Part shown: piece by piece, positions 12,858 to 24,803 of the stretch | Layout: every line of letters starts with the position of its first letter | How positions within the stretch are numbered: the stretch's first letter is position 1 | Assembly: GCF_006345805.1 (NCBI RefSeq) | Contig: NC_042999.1 | Coordinates: 131,068,001-131,132,000, forward strand | Origin: Octopus sinensis | Taxonomy: Eukaryota | Direction of reading: 5' to 3' | Length of the DNA stretch: 64,000 nt | Notes under the pieces: generated by a model | The model's database searches: none | What the model was told of the DNA's origin: nothing | The model's input: the letters and a program-made list of their open reading frames with translations, nothing else | Program-made: the position numbers and the translations under genes

Positions 12858-13429
12858 TATATATATGTGTGTGTGTATGTCCATGCTAGCATAGAACACA
12901 GACGTTAAATGATGATGATGATATGAGTGTTTGTGTAAATACACAAATTTATTAATTATTTTCTTCTTAATGCAATAAAATGTATAATAACTAACTGAAA
13001 TAAATGTCATAATATATATATTCCACTCATAATTAAGTCTGTACAGCCAAAACTGCAGTCTATAATGAAATAACAAATGAATGAAACTGAGTTCTGAACT
13101 TATGAAATTCCAACCATCTAGGTTATTCATCCTCACCTATCAAGGTAGTGTCACTATTTTCAAAAGTTTAATAACAAGACTAAATTATAAGCAATATTTC
13201 CATGAATTTAGAACAGGCTAGTAACAAATGTTGGACTACAATTTGAGTGATTTCTATAAACAAAATATGGTTATAAGATACTGCAATCAAATATCCTGCC
13301 TCCTTCCTACCCATGAAAAATTATACAAACCATTGCAACTTACATAGAGATGTGGATGAGAATATAGTTTTTTTTTTTTGTTTTTAAGTAGGCCTCGATC
13401 ATACTCCATGTCAGTTTAAATTCCCAATT

Positions 13430-14090
13430 CCTCCGTCTACACAGGCTCTGTAGTGACGACCATGACTTTGAAACTCAGTCTCAACTCGTGGTTCACCACC
13501 TCATTCTATGTGGATATCCCCTCACCACTATCCACACCACCCTTGCCAGAGCATTTTCCATGGACCATGCATCTGCTCTCTTCGCCCGAACCCGCCCTGC
13601 CGTCTCTTGCCTCCCATTTCCCCTTACCATTCTCCGAGCCTTTTGGCGACTCCAGTCTGATCCCTCCACTTCGTACACCTTCCCTAACTGACCCTTCCCC
13701 TCCTTCAAACAAGCCCACAACCTGAGACCTTCCATAACTGGCTCGTTCCCCTGCTCCCACACTTGCCCTTACTTCTCCAACACCACCTTCCTCACTGGCA
13801 CCCATCATTGACCCTATCACATCACCAACTCCTTCACCTGCACTTCTACCAATATCATCTACTGCATCTCCTGCTCTCCCCTATACATCGGGGATGCCGC
13901 TTGGCTGACCAGTTTGTGGAACACCTCTGAGACATCCGACTTGGCAATGACATCCTGGTCTCATGCCATTTCCGCTCTACTGGTCACTCATTGCAACGCC
14001 TGTCCGTGTTCAGATTGTCCTTGCACAGGGGCCATCTGGACTCCTGTTTGTGCCGTGAACAGGAATTAATCTTCTCTTCGCGCCACATTC
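13430..14090 (+). mobile_element. Penelope-like element remnant (GIY-YIG endonuclease)
   Basis: Manual translation ITNSFTCTSTNIIYCISCSPLYIG...RLADQFVEHL*DIR...VSCHFRSTGHS. Confidence 0.8.
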
Positions 14091-14309
14091 CTCCCACCCA
14101 TCTCTCCTGCGCTGACTCCTATCCTCTCTTCTATTCACTCCTACCCACTTTCTCCTTCATCGATCGTCACCCCTCCCTCATAAGCCCACCCCATGTTGGG
14201 GTTTGTTGTCTACACCAGTCTTTGTCTTGTTTTTTTGTGAATTCTCACTATATATATATATATATAATTTCATGTTTTTAACTTTACAATTTAACTTTTT
14301 TTAATTGTT

Positions 14310-15605
14310 CCCTGGGTGGCGACCACTGACGACTGCTGGTTGGGGCACAACAGGTCCTACCTGGGGATGACAGCACACAGGTTGGACACAAAACAACACG
14401 CTATCCTGGTCTGCTCTCAGCTCAAGAGGACATCACACCTCTTATGTTTTTTGCCCAGGCCGTGGTGGATACCCATTACAAGTTCCATCTGCAAGACCAC
14501 AACAGCAATGGCAAAAGTTTTGTGAAGGTATTTATGCAGTTTGGTACAAAAGCTGAATTCTTGTCAGAAATTCCTGAGGCCGCTGCTGATTTGGATGAGG
14601 ACTTGGATCCTGAGGTTGGAGATGTGGACAAAGTTGAGTACATCTTCACTTATTCTGATGTCAGCTTCCAAAGTACGCCCAGGTGATGTCTAATGTTGCC
14701 AAGGCCTTGGATAAAATCCAGGAGCATTCTGCCAACTGTAGTGGCTACCTTCCTGAGGTTGAAAGAGGCCAAGTTTAAATATCTCCTGAACTGCAGTTCT
14801 CTTGTAGACACAATACTGGGAGGCATCACAAAAAGGTTTGGGTTCCTCCTAGAAAACCCAGTGTGCCAGTTGACTGCTGCCTTCCCCCGGTTTTGGCTGG
14901 ATCAGTATAACAGCTAGGTCAGCAGAGTAACAAACATCATAGAGACAGCTCTAATGGAGACCAATGAGGGCAGCAGCACCACCAGCAATGTGAATGAGGA
15001 AGATTTCTTCAGCAACATCACTAGGTTCCATGAGAACAGCAGCCACAGGTCACTGAAGTTCAAGGCACAGAACTTGGTAAAGACCTGGCTGGAGGCTGTC
15101 TCGAAGGAGGTTCTGACTGAAGTTGCCTTTTTTTTGGGGGGGGGGGGGGTGAGCAGGTCTTGATAAACCTGTTCAAGCATAACACCACCATCCCATCCAG
15201 TACTGCAGTTGAGCACCTATTCTCTATAGGCAAAGATATTTTGAGAGCCAAGAGAGCTACCCTGTCAAATGGTAACTTTGAGAGGCTGATGTTTATGAAG
15301 GGCAACCTGCATCATGTCAAGGCAATGGAGAAGGCCCAGCCAGAGTATTATACCTTGATCATCATCTGATCTTGGCATGCTATACCTTTTTGGAAAGCTC
15401 TATGTCTAAGCTACAACATGAAAATTTCAGCCCTCTAGGTTTGTTTTAAGGGGGTTTAGAGCCCAAAACCAAACCGAAACTAAATTCATATGATAAAAGT
15501 GAGCGGTTATTAACTTCTGCTAAATTTTTTTACCTGTTTAGTATTTGTTTGCAATGCTAACTTTAGTGGATTAGCAAAACCAACTTTACTGTTAGCTGTG
15601 CCCAC

Positions 15606-15610
<5 letters not shown>
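14310..15610 (+). mobile_element. hAT transposase pseudogene with 3' TIR
   Basis: TTDDCW..HNRSYLGMTAH; hATC dimerisation-like NTTIPSSTAVEHLFSIGKDILRAKRATLSNGNFERLMFMK; terminus GCCCACCACTA at 15600-15610. Confidence 0.85.
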
Positions 15611-15693
<83 letters not shown>

Positions 15694-15744
15694 GTGTATG
15701 TGTATGTGTGTGTGCGTGTGTGTGTGTGTGTGTGTATATACACA

Positions 15745-15895
15745 CCCACACAACAGGCTTCTTTCAGTTTCTGTAAATCCATTTACAAAGCTTTTGCCAG
15801 CCTGAGGATATAGAGGACACTTGCTCAAGTTGTCATGTAATGAGACTGATACCCAGAATCATGTGGCCAAGAAGCAAACTTACCACACAGCCATG
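15745..15895 (-). mobile_element. SINE family A, 5' part
   Basis: GGCTTCTTTCAGTTTCTG...TACCACACAGCCATG. Confidence 0.75.
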
Positions 15896-17468
15896 TCACT
15901 TAATATTTTATATGTGAAACAAAGAATAAATTATGCTCTACAATCTATGGTATTTGAAACTACAATTTTTCAAACACTTTTAGAAGAGAAATTTTAAAAA
16001 CTAATGTTCCAATATATATACTGTCTATACAGCATCACTTAATAAAGATTAGGGGGAAAGCTCTACTCCATTATAACTATCAGCCTCTTATTTTTTTTTC
16101 TTCAATCCTCCTCGTTTTACCTCCTAGAGACCTCAGATCCATAAATTTTTCTTCATGCATTATTCTGGAGCAATTTAGGAATTATAAGCAAATTTTGGAC
16201 ATCTGTCGAGAAATTACTTAAAGATGCTAACAATTCAGAATTAAAGGTCTATAATGTTGGTTCTTTTATCCAAAGAGGTTATCATGATTCTAACTTTAAT
16301 TTATGAAAGTAAGAGTAGAGAGGGGGCAAATGTTTTGAATAAATATGTATATAACACAGAATTATTGTAATTCAATGAAGACATTCTCTAAATATTAATT
16401 TGTCGATATACAAAGTGTTTTCAAACAGAACTTTATTCTTTGAAGCTTTGCAACATTTAGGTATCTTACAGCATCATCAACAATATAGGGAACAGGTTAA
16501 CACAGTTATATTTACCAATATACAATTTGTGTTGACAGCTAAAATTTTATTGTTACTTGTGGGAAGTTTCTGATAAAATTGGTCAAAAGAAGTTAAAAAT
16601 TAAGATGTGATGTTTGTTTTTTTTTTTTTTTTGTTTTTTTTACAGTATAGTTGGAGGTTTCTGATAAAATTGGTTTGAAAGAAGTTTAAAATGTGATTAG
16701 TTCACTTCCTTAGATCAACTCTGCGTGAAAGGTTTAGTTAGTATGCTGTACTTGCTAAAAGAGGTCAATTAGGTTTATGAAAAAGCAAATATTTTCTTTT
16801 GATAGACGTCAAGTCAAACTATTAAATACATACTTCACATAATTTTTCAAGAACAAAAATACTGGAAACATTTTAATCTAGTTTAAGTATCAGAATATTG
16901 GTTACTATACATCATAGAAATACAATTTATATAAATGCCGTAAGATATATTAAAAAAATATATAGGGCATAGAGTATATAATATTTTATTACATCATACA
17001 CATAAAACTGTTTGTTACATGTGTGCACTATACATACACTATACAAACCTATTCAACAATTACATGAATATATACATACATGCACTATACATACACACAA
17101 ATGTTTATATACACATAAGTGCTTAATATTTTTATACACACACAGGAGCATGTGTGTGTGTGTATATATATACATATATGACTGTATATAATATATATTA
17201 TAGATATACACAAAATGTATGTACATAAATGCATGCAATCAAGAACTTCAAACTGCACCGAACTCACTTGGTCTCGGAGGGCCATGCAAAGGCCATAGGT
17301 ACAGCTCATTCTTCCACATCAGACCAATAAAGAAAATAGATACACACCCACACTATATATACAAATGTGTATTATATGTATACACCTGTATAAAATGTTA
17401 TATATACTCTCACACATATATGCACACACAAAAATTGTCTATATATATATATATACACACACAAAAAT

Positions 17469-17512
<44 letters not shown>

Positions 17513-19711
17513 TTCAGAATGTTTGTGTAGCCATACGTAATATATGCACATACGATTATATTTCTAAAATTATGCTCATGTAATACTGTTACAAGGTAAG
17601 TTGACAATTACTTTTCATCTCCCTTTAGCTAAATATCCTTTCGAACCAGATACACATACTCGCCGAACAAATATAACCCCACACCCCTATATATGTAATG
17701 CGTGTGTGTGTGAAAGAGAAGATTGATATTGAAACAATATTAATACAATGTTAACACCATGAATAAACAATCATAACAAAACAAAAAATACTTGATTTCC
17801 ATAACATGTAACATTTATACATTGGGGCGTAGCTGGCGCACCTGTACATACCTGTTGCATTAGCAGGTGGATATCTTTCTTCGTAAATGGCCGAAATCCT
17901 GTTCAAGCTGACGACCAATACGTGAATAAACAATACAGGCATACATATACATTATATATATATATATATATACATATATGATATTCGCGATAGCCAGTTG
18001 ATGTCTGGATTCAGTACTGTTCATGCGCCCATTTATTTTACTAAAATATACAAATACTAAAAGAAAAAAAAAAATTCAAACACACATTATGTAATTTACT
18101 AAATGATTCCCCAAACCAGAAGACAACTGCGCTTGTTTCATAGTCGCAGACTGGGATTTTAATGTCAATATGAGGTTGAATGTGAGAGCAAAAACAATTA
18201 GTCACGTCCAACAACGCAAGTTAAACATAAAATCATTTTTATACAATATTAAAAATATCAGGAAACAATAACATTAAACAACAGAAAGATTTGTTGTTGT
18301 TTTTTTTTGTTTTTTAATAATATCCTTAACTACTATAGTATTTGTGTATGTCAGTTTTAGTGTCACGGTGTGAGTGTGAATGAAGTAGGCTTGTGTACAT
18401 AAAATATAAACATTAAAATACGAAACAGAATTATAAAACGATTAAAATAAAGAGAAAGGAAAATTTAATCAAGATTTTTGTCACCTACAATTTACATTTC
18501 ACTTCAAGCTGAAGATTGTTCAGGGTATCACAAAAAATATCTATGAAATGATGCAAGTAGAAGGATATAAATAAAACATTACACAGAAAAATCAGGTTAT
18601 ACATTAAATGGAGCAGGTTAACACTTTTTTTTCCTTAAAAGGGACAATTTTTTTTTAAAGGGGAGAATGAGTCAAAGAAAGAAAGAAAAAGTGAAAGAGC
18701 GAAAGTTCAAAACATTCAGCTGGTGCCACCCAACTCCCGCAGTAGGCACCAAAACTATTTTAGAACGAAGCAACTTTGATCATATCTAGCTTCTTATTTA
18801 TATCATTCCACAGACGACTCAGCCTTCTGCTCAAACGAATTATATATATATTTATATATATATATAATCCGTTTGATGCGTATAAAAATTCAACGGTTAA
18901 GCCTACACCATCTTAAAAATTATTGCGATCCATCTTCAGTGTGTATATGTACATATATGCATTATATATATATACATATATGTATATGAGATGTACGTAT
19001 ACTATTGAAGTTTATTACATCAGTTTCATCCCTCGCCAGCTTATTACACTCATTGAATAATACAATTTACCTTAACAAAAGCATCAAACGAACAAGTAGA
19101 AACCCTTAAAATTTATTTCAGTTTGGTTTTCTGCATGAAGGATAAAATCATCTCTTATTTTCTAAAATAATATTTCCATTTTATACCTGTAGGAATGATT
19201 GCTCAATTAAAATTCCAGCAACCAATTGATTCAAGTCTCAAAGACAGTTTTGGTTTGATGCTGATACTGGTATCCACAAAAGCATGTTTCACCGATTTTA
19301 TTATTGTTATAACAATGTGAGTGATCACATCAACTCCTTTGACCATCAAAGCACTTATACTGTCTGGTTAAAAATATTTATCAGAGGATGAGTGGGTGGG
19401 AGAGAAAGTAAGAATGTATGCGTACATGTAAAAAGAAACAGACGGATAAGAAGATGGTATTTGTATTTAACCAAGTTAATTCTGTTAGGACTTTTTTCTT
19501 TTTATATCCAAAATACATTCCTCCCGATTTGTAATTGATATTTACAAGGAATTTTCAACCAGTCTTTGGTTAAATTTTTACAATGGATTAAGCAAGTTTA
19601 TATTCCAATGTCTTACGTATGACACACGAGACTGGTATTAAAAACAAAGTTGGTGCTTTTTTTTTTTTAAATCAAGACCTCGCTCGGAGCTTTCTCAAAA
19701 ATAGGCTTTTT

Positions 19712-20683
19712 TTAACGAGCAGCCGAAGCTTGTGTGGCTGTTTGCTGTTGTACGTTGCTTGTAGCTTTTTGTTTCAACATTGTCCAGTCAAATGTATAAT
19801 CGTACTGATAATTGAGAGTACGAAAAAGAATGCGGAAAAGCTGCCTGAGGTACATATAATCAGGAGCTTCCTCAAAACGCAATCCACGGCAGTAATTCAA
19901 ATACATAGCGAATTCTGTTGGAAAGCCTTTACACAGGGCTTCGACGGGAGTAGACATTTTCCTCTCGCTTATCTTCTCATACTTCTGTTTTTTGGTCGCC
20001 GCTTTCAGACCTTGCCAAGGAAGGCTACCACGATTGAAATACATCAAAACATAGCCAAGGGATTCCATATCGTCCCTACGACTCTGTTCGATTCCCAAGT
20101 GAGCATTAATGCTAGCATAACGAGCAGTTCCGGTCAAATTTTTATCTTCGCGGTAGACAATATGTTGTCGTGTCTTACTGTCGCGATATTTTTTAGCCAA
20201 ACCAAAATCTATTATGAATAACTTATTACAGTGTCGTCCGATTCCCATCAAGAAATTGTCAGGCTTAATATCTCGGTGAATAAAATTTCTGTTGTGAACA
20301 TATTCCATTCGTGCAATCATCTGGTCCGCAATCAACAATACAGTTTTCATGGTAAATCGTCTCGAACAGAAGTTGAACAAATCTTCAAGGCTCGGTCCTA
20401 ATAAATCCATAACAAGGATATTATAATCTCGCTCTTGATTATACCAACGGACATGGGGAATCCCAACACCTCCTTGTAAGATTTTATAGAGCTTACTTTC
20501 ATAGAGAAGTTGTTGATGTCGAGCTTTAATCGACTCCAATTTAACAGCGACTTCCTCGCCATTTGTTATGTTGATGCCTAGGTAAATATCACCGAACGAC
20601 CCACTGCCAATTTTCCGCACTAATCGATACTTTCCAGTGGCAAAGAAGTCTGTTCGACTAGATCTTTCGCTGCTTACCTCCAT
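19712..20683 (-). CDS. CSNK1A1: Casein kinase 1 alpha (323 aa, single uninterrupted ORF)
   Basis: [51 protein letters not shown] and LPWQGLKA motifs; alpha-type [16 protein letters not shown] and short C-tail after WTMLKQKA. Confidence 0.96.
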   Translation of the reverse strand: MEVSSERSSRTDFFATGKYRLVRKIGSGSFGDIYLGINITNGEEVAVKLESIKARHQQLLYESKLYKILQGGVGIPHVRWYNQERDYNILVMDLLGPSLEDLFNFCSRRFTMKTVLLIADQMIARMEYVHNRNFIHRDIKPDNFLMGIGRHCNKLFIIDFGLAKKYRDSKTRQHIVYREDKNLTGTARYASINAHLGIEQSRRDDMESLGYVLMYFNRGSLPWQGLKAATKKQKYEKISERKMSTPVEALCKGFPTEFAMYLNYCRGLRFEEAPDYMYLRQLFRILFRTLNYQYDYTFDWTMLKQKATSNVQQQTATQASAAR

Positions 20684-20756
20684 ACTTATTTTTTCGTGTA
20701 CAATACAATTATTCTTCTAATGAATTGGTAATAAAGTTAGACTACGCCAGCCAAAT

Positions 20757-20865
20757 CTGGCTGCCATTTTGGTTTATATAGAAAATTTAAGCCCACAATG
20801 CCACGCAAAAGTAATATCCCATAATATTAATAGCTAGCCAACTGCGCATGCGGACAGGAAGTTAT
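20757..20865. promoter_or_regulatory. Putative CK1-alpha core promoter (YY1, NRF1 and ETS motifs)
   Basis: GCCATTTT (YY1-like) at 20763-20770, TGCGCATGCG (NRF1-like) at 20843-20852, CAGGAAGT (ETS-like) at 20855-20862; 80-180 bp upstream of the ATG. Confidence 0.6.
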
Positions 20866-22933
20866 TACTACTTTATCCAACCGAAGCTAACTTTCATTTA
20901 TCTGGTCTGTCAGCTTTTACAGTCTACTCTCTCACTTCGTAAACGAAGAACTCGGTAGTCATATTAAAAATCAAAGTAGGAAAGTTACGAGAATCTGGAA
21001 TAATTTGTGTTCCTAAAAAAAATAAATAAAATTTTAAAAAACCCAAGCGCGTAAAAAATTAATGCTGTGAAAAGGTTTATTTATGAGGCGAAAATATTGA
21101 CTATTTCACTATAGCATATAGAAGTTTTAATTGCCTGCTCCACCCATAATTTTATTTTATTATTATCATTATTATTTTTTTTTTGTAGTAAACTTAACAT
21201 AATTTATGTATCTGCATTTCAAGAGGGCTGTACCCTGTAATTTATAATTATTTGTAAATCTATATTGTATCCGTCTTACAACATATGTATAGTAGTTAGT
21301 TATTTATACCTATTTTTTTTTTTTAAAGAAAATGCATTTAGTTAAATACATGTTAGAAATGAATCAAGAGAGCAAATTCAAGCAGTTATTTAATAGAGCT
21401 CATAAGAAATATTCAAAATAGATTTTTTTTTATCTATTTGAAGACAACCATTAATTCATTACAAAGTTCCATAATTTTTTTAGTTTTTTAAAATATCTTA
21501 TTTTACAAGCAAGTGTAAAAAATCAAAAACACATATGGTCACTTGTAATATGTCACATGACCTTAACATTAGTTGTATAGAGTCACGTGACTTAGAACTA
21601 TGATTCCATTGAATCTATCAGCCAACTTAAGTTAGACGTTAATTCACAATTGCTTGGATAATATTCTGGGAGTAACTGTAGCACTTATTAGATGTACTGT
21701 AGGCATGACCTTAATCAATTACTTGTTCTTTTCAGTTCAGTTATGAATTATTTATTCTGACTAATGACTTTGACACGTAATCCAGCCTTCAAAGACATAT
21801 CCATTTATTGAATGCATGTTAATAAGAGGTTTTGTAGTCAATAGGAAGTCTCAGCTCATTCCCTCATTCTTAAGTTTTAAATTTTGGTGGGAATCAGCTA
21901 TAAAATACATATGATTTCCTTATTCTGCTTTTGACATTAACTGGGAATTAAATCAAGCAGAAGAGTATATGTATTCATAACTTAGTTTTGCAGGGGTTTT
22001 CACCTCTAGCCTTATCAAGCCAAGTGGGGAACTTTATTTAACACTAAAGGAGTTATTAATTTAGCTCCTAAATTTTCTTGTATGTAAATCACTTTAGTCA
22101 TGACTGAGGGAAATCTCGCATAGTGTATAAGACTAACACCTGACAGTTACAATTGCCATTACCAGAAAACTAGCCAAAGAATAAATAAAGTAAAATGAAA
22201 CCTCAAATAATATACAATTGACAATGGTCAGTTCCTGTTGTAATATACCAATCTTTTTTCAGTGTGATAGATTTAGATAAATAGCTAAACATTTGTTGAA
22301 TCTGCAAAAACTAAATTTATTGGCAATTTTTAATCAAAGACTCATTTACAATTTTACTAAATGTAATTAATTCTTGTGATCATTTATACAGAACCCAATT
22401 ATTATATTTTGCATCAACCCTTCCTCCCCCTATTCTATATGTCTTTTAATTTCACATCCAAATTTCCTTTTACCCAACATACATAATTATTTACATTAAA
22501 TATCCATACCAACACAACAATCTTGCATAACATTAACACTATCTCTGTGTGTTCCTAGTACTTATCTTACTATCTACAAAAATATCCCCTCCTACTTTTT
22601 TATTTTGTCTATGTGGTTGGTCAAGGTAGTTGACATTTCTCTCTTGCAGTGTCTTCTCATTATGGCATTTAAAAACTCTGTTTTTACCATATTAAGCTTA
22701 ACTACAGTTAAATAGTGACCCAGAAGAGAACAAATAATATTGTCAGAAATGTGGCACAAATAAATGCAAGGATCCAGACTTCGTTGATATACAGTGAAAC
22801 TAATTGAATTTAATAAAAAGTTAACTTTTTTACTTTGTCCCAAGTAGACAATAAATTGAAAACATTATTCTCTTATGCTACAAAAAATTTGTGACTATGA
22901 GTCAATGGTAGAATTCAGTATAAGGGTTATTGC

Positions 22934-23804
22934 TTAAACCTTTAGCATTTAAATAATAATAATAATGAAATTATTGTATACAGTGCTCAGGTGCACCACA
23001 ACTTGTCAAAAGTGCATATAAAGTACATGCAGTAATGTAAAAATGTCTGGAAAGCGAACAATGTATGAGTCAGATACATGCTTGTGTGTGTATGGAGGGG
23101 AGAAAATCAGGTGTAGTGTTGGTGAATCTCAGAAAGCATGGAAGTTTTGAAGGACGCAGTGCTCCGACAACTAACAACTGATGCTGGCAGTTTGTTCCAT
23201 GCTTCAGCAACTCTCAGCGTGAAAAAATGTTTCCTGAAGTCATGGGAGCTGTGCTGTTTTCTTACTTTGTAAATATGTCCACGGGTGTTAGATAGGTGGA
23301 GTTTGAAAAGGTGCTCAGAGTTGTTGTTTGTACGATGGTTGATAATTTTATGGGTGTCTGCCAAGTCAGCTGCCAGACATCGGAGTTTCAATGTGTCCAT
23401 GCCCAGGGAAGTAAGGCGTTCAGGGGATATGGCAAATGCTTGATGGAGGATATTCTTTTGGTTGCACGTCGCTGAACAGCTTCCAGACGATTGATATCCT
23501 GGGCAAGATAGGGGTTCCAGACCGGTGATGCAAATTCCAGGTGAGGTCTTACCATAGCTATATAAAGCCGCAGATTTAAACTGACCATATCCGGCCTGAA
23601 TATTCTTGTTGCTTTATTATCAAACTGGTCAGAGCCAGCCTCTAACACCTACCCTATAATATCATTCTAAGAAAAAAAAAAGAAAAAAAACACAAAATAC
23701 ATCATTGAAATCTTAAAGCTATGAGATTATGCGTGATTTATTCAAAACAATGTGAATAAATAAGCATTACATTTGTCAGAATAATCCAAATGCTAAAGGG
23801 TTAA
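22934..23804. mobile_element. piggyBac-type MITE interrupted by a CR1-type LINE
   Basis: TTAAACCTTTAGCATTTAAA ... CTGACCATATCC...TGCTAAAGGGTTAA; ATTTAAA is duplicated around the LINE. Confidence 0.75.
22954..23573 (-). mobile_element. CR1/L2-type LINE 3' fragment with (ATT)n tail
   Basis: LYIAMVRPHLEFASPVWNPY...LEAVQRRATK; TRGHIYK...RKHFFTLRVAEAWNKLP. Confidence 0.9.
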
Positions 23805-23844
23805 ACCTTATCATTACTAGCACCAATCAGCAACATCATTATTC

Positions 23845-24803
23845 TTTGTTGCTGCATATACTGACACTCTGTCAGTTATGATGAGGGTTCCAGTTGATCC
23901 AATCAACAGAGCAGCCTGCTTGTGAAATTAATGTGCAAGTGGCTGAGCATTCCACAGACACATCGTCGGCTTTATATAGCTATGGTACAACTTCACCTGG
24001 AATTTGCATTACCGGTCTGGAACCCCTATCTTACCCAGGATATTATTCGCCTGGAGGCCGTTCAGTGACGTACAACCAAGAGAATACCCTCCATCAGGCA
24101 TTTGCCATATTCTGAATGCCTTACTTCCCTGGGCATGGATACATTGAAACTCCGACGTCTGGCAGCTGACTTGGCAGACACCCATAAAATTATTAACCAT
24201 CTTACAAACAATAACTCTGAGTACCTTTCCAAACTCCACCTGTCAAACACCCATGGACATGTTTACAAAGTCAGAAAACAGCACAGCTCCCATGACTTTC
24301 GGAAACATTTTTTCACGCTAAGAGTTGCTGACTGAAGCATGGAACAGACTGCCAGCATCAGTTGTTAGTTGTCGGAGCATTGCATCCTTCAAAACTTCCA
24401 TGCTTCCTGAGATTCGCCAACACTACACCTGATTTTCTCCCCTCCATACACACGCAAGCATGTATCTGACTCATACACTGTTCACTTTCCAGACATTTGT
24501 GCATTACTGCATGTACTTTATATGCACTTTTGACAGGTGGTGCACCTGAGCACTGTATACAATAATTTCATTATTATTATTTTATGTACCTATAATGTAG
24601 TTCTTATAGAAATTCAGTGTGACATAGAATGTGACAAGGCTGGCCCTTTGAAATACAGGTACAACTCATTTTTGCCAGCTGAGTAGAATGGAGCAATGTG
24701 AAATAAAGTGTCTTGCTCAAGAACACAACATGTCACTGAGAACTGAACTCACAACCTTACACTCATGAGCTAAATGTCCTAACCACTAGGCCACATGCCT
24801 TCA
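23845..24803 (-). mobile_element. SINE family C interrupted by a CR1-type LINE
   Basis: 23845-23963 and 24584-24803 together match the reverse complement of 42072-42440. Confidence 0.7.
23964..24582 (+). mobile_element. CR1/L2-type LINE 3' fragment, inverted relative to 22954-23573
   Basis: LGMDTLKLRRLAADLADTHKII...RKHFFTLRVA; same 3' UTR and ATT tail. Confidence 0.9.

Noticed and set aside
19619-20221. 200-aa ORF antisense to CK1-alpha
   Set aside because: Shadow frame of a conserved coding sequence with no recognisable motifs
21720-21785. Possible plus-strand micro-exon (TTTTCAG...GTAAT)
   Set aside because: Such signals are frequent in AT-rich DNA and there is no coding or transcript support
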